A stretch of 64,000 nucleotides of DNA, from assembly GCA_030324005.1 (NCBI GenBank), contig JARDVH010000179.1, positions 15,006,241 through 15,070,240 of the forward strand, written 5' to 3'. The DNA comes from Negaprion brevirostris (taxonomy: Eukaryota). The notes under the pieces were generated by a model. That model worked only from the letters and a program-made list of their open reading frames with translations. It was not told where the DNA came from and did not search any database. The number at the start of each line of letters is the position of its first letter. Position 1 is the first letter of the stretch. This document shows positions 53,419 to 64,000 of the stretch, piece by piece. The position numbers and the translations under genes are program-made.

Positions 53419-54122
53419 CTGCAAAGCAAAAGATAACACGGTTAGAAATGCTGAATTTTGAAGCAATTTTCTCCCTCGTCCCCTGTGCTGGCTTACCCTG
53501 AACTATGGACCTCACTAGTTCACCTGTATCTCCCATTGTACTTATTTATGTATCATTTCAGGCAGAGTGTGCTGGGAAATTATTGGGACTATAAGGCACC
53601 ATAACAAAGCTTGGTTCTGTCCTCAACCTGATATCCATAAGCACACTTTTCTGCATGAACCATTTGACACTGATCAGGACTGAGAGTCTTGGATACTTTC
53701 CCTCCCTTTTCTTGGGCCAGAGTTGCTACAGCCAAATGCAGCAGAAGCAAGTGCTACCTTAGTTTGATCAACTGATTCAGAGGATCTTGGAAGGAATGCT
53801 ACAGTTGATTTCAATGTTCCTTCGCTTGGAAGGGAAAAAAAAATCAATTGGTTTTGCCATTCACATTCACTGTCCAGTATTGTCAGCTGAAAAATGCATG
53901 CGTGTAAATGTTGGTAAGGATGTGTCCAGTGTCCAGGTAATGCCCCCTTAGTTGAAAGGTCCCCAACACTTATGTCTACTCACATATCAAGAATAGCCAC
54001 TTAGTTCAGCAAAGGATCAGTTTCAGCATCTGTAGAACTATATCCTGCAAGAATCAATGTTTTCAGGAGGAGGGGAAGGGGGACAAAATTTAGAGAATAG
54101 AAAATTCATTCCATGTACTCAC

Positions 54123-54233
54123 CAGAATTCCAAAGGCAATAATTTTCAGGATACATTCACATGAGAACAAAACGGTGAACACCATATTGAGATACTTTAG
54201 AACGTCATCGTAAGACTGTGGCTGACCTGAAAA
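54123..54233 (-). CDS. CACNA1A: Exon 30 (111 nt): FSGQPQSYDDVLKYLNMVFTVLFSCECILKIIAFGIL (IVS2)
   Basis: Acceptor ttcttggtttag, donor CTG|gtgagt; ECxLK motif of S2. Confidence 0.94.
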
Positions 54234-55369
54234 CTAAACCAAGAAAAAGAGGATTTAGTTACTAACGCTACATGTCCATTATATGGGTAATGGAGGCAGG
54301 AGGGAAAGATCATGAAAGCTTGTTAATTGACACGTTGGCACAAGTGAGGTTATCTATCATGGTGTCACTGGAGAATCAAAACCGCCGATTTTAGCAGTCA
54401 CCATAGAGTTTACAGCATATATATATATACAGACTATTAACCCATTATGTCAGTGCTCATTCTTCACTAAAACAATCTAAAATGAGTCCCTGTGCTTTCC
54501 CCAAAGTCCTGTATATTTTTCTAATTCAAATATCCATCCATGCTTCCCTTCAAAGTGCGATGTTTACTGTTCAAACTGCTTCTTGTGGTAAAGCATTTTA
54601 TGTAAAAGAAATTCTCCACAAAATATAAATTATCCTGACCTCACTCTCATTAAACTTGAAACTTTCTGATTCTGCACCAACAGAAATAGCTTGCTGTACT
54701 GGACTGTTCAACATTCCTCACAGTTTTAAAACCCCCATTAAATTTCCTTTTAGCATTCTCTTCTTCAGTGGAAACAAGGAATTGATTGGTGACTGGGAGA
54801 ATTCTCTACATAAAGGCATCACTGTTGAAATAGCCCCATTAAATGTCATCAACTGTAATCTGTCACATCATTTGTAAAACTTGCGCTGCCTCAGTAAACA
54901 TTACCTTTGGTAGCCAGTTGTCTATTGCTGTGGAATAAAAACAGAAAATGCTGGAAAACTCAGCACGCCAGGCAGCGACTGTCAAGAGGCTTGGTTGGGA
55001 AGTGGGAGGTGCAGGGGAATCCCAGCATTCTGCTAAGTGAGATGGTCAAAATCAAGAATTGGGGAGAGAATAAGGAAAGGAATCCTTGGGGTGGGGGATC
55101 AATGGCTTTGGGGGGGGATGCCTTGGAGAATGACTGGGGATGAAGTGAGAGGCCTTGGATGGAGGAGTTGAGGCCTCATAGGGAGAGTCAAATGTGGGTG
55201 GAGGAAGGGTGCCTAATTGCAGGCAGGCACGCTAGATCCAGCAGGTAAATAAAGAGGAAGTCACCTTCAAAGTCTGGCAGCGCTTCCTGAGATTATCTGC
55301 CAGGTTTCCCAAGGTTCAGGAAACACAAACACCCACAGTAAAATTTCCAATGGGGCTCTACTATAATGG

Positions 55370-55680
55370 GGCCAACATTAATTACCAATTCCTAATTGCC
55401 CTTGATGAGGTGATGGTGAATGGCCTTCTTGAACCGCTGCAGTCAGACTTTCTAACGATTTGCTAGGCCATTCCAGGGCAGCAGTTAAGAGTGAACCATA
55501 TTATTGTGGATTCGGAGTTACGTGTAGGTTGGACCAGGTAAGGACAACAGATTTCTTTCCCTAAAGGACATTGTTGAAGCACACAGGTGTTTCTGACAAT
55601 TGACAATGGCTTTAGAATCACTATTAGTGAGACTAGTTTTTAATTCCAGAATTGAATTAATTGAATTTAAATTCAGCACC
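55370..55680 (-). mobile_element. tRNA-derived SINE or partner-LINE tail
   Basis: cctaattgcccttga...gcagttaagagtgaaccat...ttccctaaaggacatt; same family as 40985-41340. Confidence 0.65.
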
Positions 55681-56380
55681 TCATTTTGATCAAACACATA
55701 TAGTTTGCAATGCCTCCCACCTGCTACTTCATGCTGATCTATTCAGCCCACCCAAGGTGTGACTCCCATCAAAAAGGCTGATCTGGAAAAACCAACCCAC
55801 ACAATGCAATTTCCACCTAGGCAAATGACACAACGAACAAGTACCTGGTCTCAAACCTAACCCAACAGCTGTTTCTGGTTTCAACCTTCCAAGCTAAAAG
55901 TGCTCTACCCTCAACAGGTTCAGGACCAGCCACACCTGATTGTCCAACCACCACAGATGGGGCATTAGTGCCACCCCTTATGTGTCTGTGGGAGAGAGCA
56001 AACTACACATGACATCATAGAAGTGTGTCCAATCCACAGACTCAGCAGAGGCCTATCTGCACTCAACACAGTAGGACCAGAAAAAAACTGCTTGGCTTAT
56101 GGACTTTGCAATTGCTAAATAAATAAAATAAATTAGCCTGGATTACTAGTCCAGTGACATTACACCATCTCTTCAGATAAAATACATTGATATAGCTGAT
56201 AAAGAAATACATGAATAGGGTATTTATGAAGTTGAATAGGGTCATGTTAAATTTAAATTTAAATGTTAAATTTAAGCCAGTCTTTAGCTGTTCACAGGAA
56301 GCATACAATGTCAACAAATCGAGCATTTATCACCCATTCCAAAGCAACTCAGTGGCTTATTAGGCTATTCCCTAGGGAAG

Positions 56381-57055
56381 TTAAGAGGGGTTGGAAAAAA
56401 ATAGGTCAGGGATAGGTGGGAGGTAGGAGAAGAATGTCACCTCTGTGGGGTTTGTCATTGATTCAATCTGTTGTTCATGTATCCCAGTTTATCCAGCCTT
56501 TCCTAATAACTCAAACCATCAAGTCCCAGTAGCATCCTAGTAAATCTTTTTTGCACTTTTTCTAATAATATTTGCCACGAATTAACCAGACTTGCAAGGA
56601 TGGCAAATTTCCTTCCCTAAAAGATATTAGTGAACAGATGGGTTTTTACAGCAATTAGTAATAGCTTTTTTTCCAGACTTATTTCATTAATATTAAAGAG
56701 GAGTCACAGATAAACAAGATGGTGAAGAACACATTCAGCATGCTTGGTTTCATCGGTGAGAACACTGAAGACAGGAGTTGGGACGGCTTGTTGAAGTTAT
56801 ACAAGACATTGGTAAGGCCACAATTGGAATACTGTGTACAGTATTCCACTCAATTATAGAAAGGATATTATTAGAAAAAGTGCAAAAAAGATTGATTAGG
56901 ATGCTACTGGGACTTGATGGTTTGAGTTATTAGGAAAGGCTGGATAAACTGGGATACATGAACAACAGATTGGATCAATGACAATCCCCACAGAGGTGAC
57001 ATTCTTCTCCTACCTCCCACCTATCCCTGACCTATTTTTTTCCAACCCCTCTTAA
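56381..57055. repeat. Long inverted repeat: 191-bp arms (56381-56571 and 56865-57055), 293-bp spacer
   Basis: Arms aligned by eye with about 4 mismatches. Confidence 0.92.
56700..56955 (+). mobile_element. CR1 LINE ORF2 fragment
   Basis: cattggtaaggccacaattggaatactgtgtacagt (LVRPQLEYCVQ) motif. Confidence 0.75.
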
Positions 57056-57293
57056 ACACTATAAAATCCATCACACCTCTCCCTCTCATATGGGCTCAAA
57101 ATGTTAACTCTGTTTATCTTTCCACAGACGCTGTCAGATCTTCTGGGTTTTTCCAGAATTTTCTGTTTTTATTCCTTTGGTATTGATAGTCACCTGGAAG
57201 CGTGTGTCAATAAGATAATGAGAGGCATTGGTGCCAGAACGCAAACAGCAAAAATTTGAAGCAAAAGGCAGAAAACCAAAGAATGGAAATTTA

Positions 57294-57467
<174 letters not shown>

Positions 57468-60400
57468 CTACAAAAGATAAAATAATAGGTCAATTCAGCA
57501 GAAACAAAATCATAACATTGTATAACATATATATTCCTTCCGATACAAGGAAGTGCTGAGCTCTTTCCTAAGCAACATCATTAAGCTAAATACTTGCTTT
57601 GCCCATCCCAGTTAACACTGTGCTCCCCACGAAGAAGTCTACCAATTTACTGCCATTTTCACATTCCATCTACACTGACCATGATCGTGATTCAGACTAC
57701 CCTAAATTCAATGCAGCAGGAACCTACAACCAACTGCTTTTTAATCTCTCCATCTGAACTGGATTCAATAAATTTCTGAGCTCTGAGGAATCGTAACTAG
57801 GAGGGTATCCCAAAGATGCAGTGGGGCCCACTTCTTGTGGGTGCCCACATAATCAGCGCACAGCAATTGCTTGGAAAGTTCAACCTCATGTTGGGCAATG
57901 TTTTTGCAAGTGGAACCATCCTAAAGGAAGATATAAATCAGAAACTTAAGATGCTTCTCATTTTATTATGGTAATTGTTCCCCAGAAAAAGTCAGAAATA
58001 ATTAGAACCACTTCTGGATTCTGCGTAACAATAGTACTGACACTCCACTCTACCACAAGTGATTCCTCCCACCTCCCTGACACCCCAAGGTACATCCCTA
58101 ACTCACCCTCCACCACCACCTGATTAATCCCTCCTGCCCCTAGCCCGCACAGATCTCCCCCCACACTGCTAACCAGCCCCCACAAGACCCCCCGTACCAC
58201 TCATGAACCCACCGTCCTCCCCATCCCATGTGATTCCATGCCAATGAAACACCCTAACTATGAGCCCCTCTCCCTACTGACCCCCAATCCTTTCCTACAT
58301 CCCCCCAAAACCCCTCTGAGAAGCCCCATCCAACTAGTCCTCAACCCCCATGGGACTGCCCGAACTCCCACGATGCTCCAAGACTGCCCCCTCCTCCCCC
58401 NNNNNNNNNNNNNNNNNNNNNNNNNNNNNNNNNNNNNCACCTCCTGGTCCATGTCCCCTCTGACCAAACCCACCCCAATCCAACCACCTGAAGTCCAATC
58501 CTATGTTTTTACATAACAAACATGCCTTCTCGCTGGCTTCTCAAAGCGGCTGGACCTTTAAACGTACCTACTTTATAGCAGTTGTGCCATAACAATGGTG
58601 CATTTCTTCTTTATCTGACTCAGGTTCCCTTGATACAAGCCCTCAGGAACCTCCTGAATTATACCTGCCCAGCCTGAGTTGGAAGATTGGATGAGCGGTT
58701 TCATTTCTGGGTAATTAGGTAAAAAAGGAGTGACAGTCCAACTCTGATTACTCCTCCACAAAAGGTTTGGATAGAGTGTCATCTAGTTTCCACAGAGAAG
58801 TTGCACCAGATTCAGGACACACTCCCATTCCCAATAACAAAGCAACAGGTCACATCATTCTATAGTGGCATAGCATCTCATGTAAAAAAGACTTTTTTTT
58901 TATTACATAAAATATAAATGTAAGGTGCAGTACTGACCCAATCTTCGGATAATTTTTTTAACTCTTGTGGTTTATATAACATTATTGGACCCTTATGATA
59001 AGATCATTAGTTGATAATTAACTTATCAATATTCACTCTCTTCCTCTCTGTCTCTGTGAACGATTAAAGCACCTGGATGCTGTGATGGGAACACTGGATG
59101 ATCTTTCTGGGAAGATGAGTTATAAAAGGTCAACTGGTCTTTCATATCCACATTGATCTTGCAAAACTGCTTTGAAAACTGCCTTTATATGGAGATATAT
59201 TTTGTCTGAACGTCACGCTATTAGTTCAAATACCTTGGTGGGAAATATAAAGGGAAGTAAGTCAAAAGTTGGAAGCAAGTGTCAGCTCATGAAAAGGGGA
59301 TCTGAGACAACTTAAAAAAAACAAGATTGTATTATGTTTGTTACAAAGGTTGATTACGGCTGTACTGGTCCACAGACAACTGGGAAAAGCAACATAAAAC
59401 TAGATGGAACAGTGCGTATATAAAATGCAAAATCATTGAGAGTTACTAGTCTCTGGACAGGGGAGATGGAATCTAACATGTCCCAGAACCAAGGCTGCAG
59501 TATAAATCAGATCCCAACAGCCAGGAGAGGTGTAATTTTAGCTGGTCCTTGCAAGCAGAAACGAACTATATCCAATATTCCAGGTACCTGGGATGATTTA
59601 TAATGTTTTATTAGGTTCCAAAATCAACTCAAGCTACAAATACCTTTATAACATATGTTCCCATAAATAATGTGATGCTTATCCCAATGTTACTCTCAAC
59701 CGTGTCAGTCATCATTCACTTCAGAGGACATTTTTAAGGCTATGAGGAGATTTGACAAAATTGGTTTAGAACAAACTTAACTGCGGTGAAGAGTTCAAGT
59801 ACCAGATGATACAAATTAAAAATTAGAAAATTTACTTGTATTACATTCCCCAATTTGAGAAACAATTTGATTAATCCAAGACAAAAGTTGCATTGTGCAA
59901 TACAAAAGGAAATTAACAGACAATCTTTTCGAGGAGGATAGTAGTACTGAAACTGAAGCATACTGGAGTTTAAGAGACAGTTGGGTGGCTGTGAAAAGGG
60001 AAAAAAGTTGTGGAGGTGAGGTTGAGATCTATTAAATAGAGCAGGCTGATTGAACCCAATGACCAGCTCCTGATCCTAGAAATTCTTGTGTGTATTCTAG
60101 AGAAACTTAACATCCACAGGCCAAAGAACAACACTGACGTAAGACAGCAGCCAGCAACGTAAACAAAAACAGGAAATGCTGGAGAAATTCAGCAGGTTTG
60201 ATAAAGGGTCATTCAGACTGAAACAGTGCCTCTATTCTCTCCACAGATGCTGTCAGACTTGCTGAGTTTCTCCAGCATTTTCAGTTTTTGCTTCAGATTC
60301 CTGCATCCGCAGTGTTTTATCTTTAACCAGCAACTTAACCCAGCTCCTAGAACAATGACAAATACTACCTTGTGCATACTATAAAGGGTTGTCTGAGATA

Positions 60401-60849
60401 CCATGCAGAAATTCAATCTTGTGCTTCAGATTAAATTGAATCCTCGAATGCAGTTAGTACCCCAGACATAAGGTTTAGGGTGATTTACGAACATAAGAAC
60501 ATAAGAAATAGGAGCAGGAGTAGGCCATCTAGCCCCTCGAGCCTGCCCCGCCATTCAATAAGATCNNNNNNNNNNNNNNNNNNNNNNNNNNNNNNNNNNN
60601 NNNNNNNNNNNNNNNNNNNNNNNNNNNNNNNNNNNNNNNNNNNNNNNNNNNNNNNNNNNNNNNNNTTTTGAATAATAATCCCTCCTACTATTATGTATGC
60701 CAAAGTGGATAACCTCACACTTGCTAACATTATACTCCATGTATTATCATTTCAGATGTAATTCCATAATCCCTCACATAATCCGCAATTATTGTGCTGG
60801 AACACACTCCAATATTTTAGTGCTGTGTCCAAGTGTCAGCATCAAGGAT

Positions 60850-63135
60850 TGCCAGAGAACGTCAAGGAGTTGAGAAGGGATTGCAAAGGTTAGGCTGGAT
60901 CTGCCCAGACCAGCTGGGAGTGTACGGGAATATGCTGCTAGATGGCAACATGGCACAATCCATGGGGAAAGGCATCATTACCCTCATCTACAAGCAGAAG
61001 GGGGAGAGGGATAAATTTAGAAATTGGCGGCCCATTTCACAGTTGAACATGGACTATAAAATTCTGTCCAAGATCATTTCCAACCAGGTCAAGTCTACTC
61101 TGGAGTCGGTGATCCATCCTGACCTGTGCTGTATCCAGCAGGAAGATCTCGGATAGCCTTGCAATTCTCAGGGATACAACTGCCCAAGTGCAGGAAAGGA
61201 GGCGGACACCCTCTTCATCAGCCTGGACCAGGAGAAGGCATCTGACAGAATATTGCACATTTGCATGCTAGATGTGGTCTCCAAAATGGGGTTTGGGGAA
61301 TAAATCCACAGTTGGATCCAACTGCTCTACACAAACATTAGTAGCACAGTTAAATCAATGAATGGGAATAAGAAGATTTTCAGATCAAATCTGGATCAGG
61401 TAGGGTTACCCTCTCTCTTCTGTCCTGTTTGTGTATTGCATTGAGTCTTTTGCCGAATCCATCAGGCAGGATCCGGGCACAGGAGGAGTGACGATCCCAG
61501 GCAGCGGATGCACATAGGTCAAAACCTTCCTGTACAAGGATAATGTCACTGTTTTCTGCTCCGATCTGATATCATTGCATGGGCTCCTGAATGGCTGCAG
61601 CCAGTTTGAACTGGACTTGGGAGTCAAGGTAAACTGGGGCAGAAGCGAAGCCATGTTCTTTAGGAACTGGGACGACCGATCCTTTGCTTCTTCATTATCA
61701 GAACAGATTTCCTGAAGGTGCTGGGAATATGATTCGGAGTAGCTGCAGCATGCACCAAAAACTGGGAGGATCATACTGCCAAGGTAAAGCTGGGAATGTG
61801 GGAGCAATGTTTCCTCTCCATTGCAGGAAAAAAACCTGGTCATCCGGTGTGAGGTTCTCTCGGCGTTGGTGTATGTAGCACAGGTCTGGCCCATACCCTG
61901 AATCTGTGCGGTATCAGTCACCTGAGCCATCTTTAAATTCACTTGGAGATCCAGAAGGCACCATGCACAAATTTCTGGATAAGGGAGGAGAAAAAGTACT
62001 CAATGCCACCCTCATCCTGGTGACCACGTTTGTGCGCGGTGGCATCAAGTTGTGTGTAGATCCTTGGTATGCAAACACCAAGTGTCGCCACATACAGAGA
62101 TTCTACCTTTCCCTGATGTTGTGGGGGATGCGCTGGCCACATTGCCATGGAATGCTTCAAGTAGTTGGACCATACCTTATCACCTGTCCCTCATGGAAAG
62201 CTTCATGCCAAGAAATACCTTTGACCACAAGTCGATCAAGCAGTGGCCTGAGCATAATGTCCTCAAGGCCCTGAGGGAAAAGGAGATGGGAGATGGTTCT
62301 TGAGCAGATTGTAAAAACAATTTTGGCAGAAAGCCTCATCATCAGAACTTTCAAATAAGCACCCAGACGTAGTCTGGGTTGTGGTGAGAAGGGCACTAGC
62401 CACCTGATCCTTCCTATACGCCCAAGTCTCTGCACCACCACACACTGTCCTCAAAGTGGCTGTGAGGAGAGGGGAAATGATACAGTCACAGACCATGCCT
62501 TTACAAAGGTCTGGAGAGAGATGCGGTGATATTTGTTGAGGTTCATCCCGAGTGATGCAGGATTCTGTGCTTTGCGGATTATTTCCAGGGACGTACACTG
62601 AGACAAACATCAGCTGCTGTTGGAGGATCATCAACTCAGTGAAAGACACTCTTTGGTCTGCCCAATAGCTGTTGATCTACCAGTGCAAAGGACTGTCCTC
62701 CACCGAGTGTTTCAGACTGGCACATTCCAAGGTCCAGGACTATGTGCTGAGGAACACTCTCCAGCTTGGGGTAGCCACCATCAAGGTGCAATGGGGAAAG
62801 GCCAGTATGTAAGGTGTTTCAGCCAATGTACTCTGAGTGGCTAGTAATTGTGTAAAACCGCCTAGACGGAGTGTTTAATTCTAACTGCACATAACTGTAT
62901 TGAAGCACTGCAGAGTGCAACATGACCAATGTATATAGTTTGTAAAGAATTGTACTCTCGAGATTTAAAATATTGAAATGTTTGTGATGTACTTATTCCT
63001 GAATTGAAGCACCACAGGGTGTATCTTGATCTCTAGAGGAAATATGAACAGCATTGCACTTCACTGTTATAACTATTTGACATGTTTTGTAATGTTTCTT
63101 TCAGATTATTTTATGAACAAAGTATATTTTTGCAA
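60850..63135 (+). mobile_element. Tx1/L1-clade non-LTR retrotransposon, 5'-truncated, ORF2 pseudogenised
   Basis: GIITLIYKQKGERDKFRNWRPISQLNMDYKILSKII, LDQEKA.DR, G.PLSSVLFVYCIESF, multiple stops and frameshifts; 3' UTR ends aacaaagtatatttttg. Confidence 0.85.
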
Positions 63136-63340
63136 ATGAAAAACCTTTCACTGTGACCCAACACCATAATCAGAAGCTGCACTGCTCCACATTTCCCTTT
63201 GAGATTCCTCCCAGGCTGTATCTATCATAGCGTCCACCTTATGAACTACAACATTTCTAATTCAACACTAATTATTTATAGCCTACATGTAATTAATTCC
63301 TGACCATACATTAGTTTGACTTCCAAAGAGTACATTGCTA

Positions 63341-63850
<510 letters not shown>

Positions 63851-64000
63851 TTAGTCAGGGGGTGGGGGCTAGTTAAGGTTTGTCGATGGGGGTCAGGTGG
63901 TCAGTGGGACTGGGGAGGTAGTTGGGACTGGGTGTAGTCGAATGATGACGGGGAGAGTGTGGGCAGTAGTCAGGAGTGAGGCGAGGTTACTGGTGGAGGA

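Noticed and set aside
61406-62844. Several 70-180 aa ORFs as independent genes
   Set aside because: They are frames and antisense frames of the decayed Tx1-like ORF2.

Overview
This is vertebrate genomic DNA, almost certainly from a shark or other elasmobranch, judged from its HE1-type V-SINEs, Deu-domain SINEs, and CR1, Tx1 and Penelope repeats. It contains several N gaps. The window lies inside one large minus-strand gene, the P/Q-type voltage-gated Ca2+ channel alpha-1A (CACNA1A/Cav2.1). I read 14 canonical GT-AG exons by hand (human numbering 28-36, the mutually exclusive 37a and 37b, and 38-40), covering IIIS6, repeat IV, the EF-hand and the IQ-like (IM) motif. The remainder is TE-rich intron. 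Highlights: (1) a candidate 6-nt microexon (ACCACG, Thr-Thr) at the position of mammalian e31a (NP in Cav2.1, ET in Cav2.2), preceded by a YCAY (Nova-type) cluster; (2) three families of Penelope-associated minimal hammerhead ribozyme motifs, one with covarying stem II and one with an intact core on the pre-mRNA strand; (3) a 191-bp, about 98% identical inverted duplication that crosses a TE-TE junction, has junction microhomology, and would form a long pre-mRNA hairpin near exon 29. All comparisons to human proteins and TE consensus sequences are from memory, not from database searches. Most ORFs in the supplied track are spurious.
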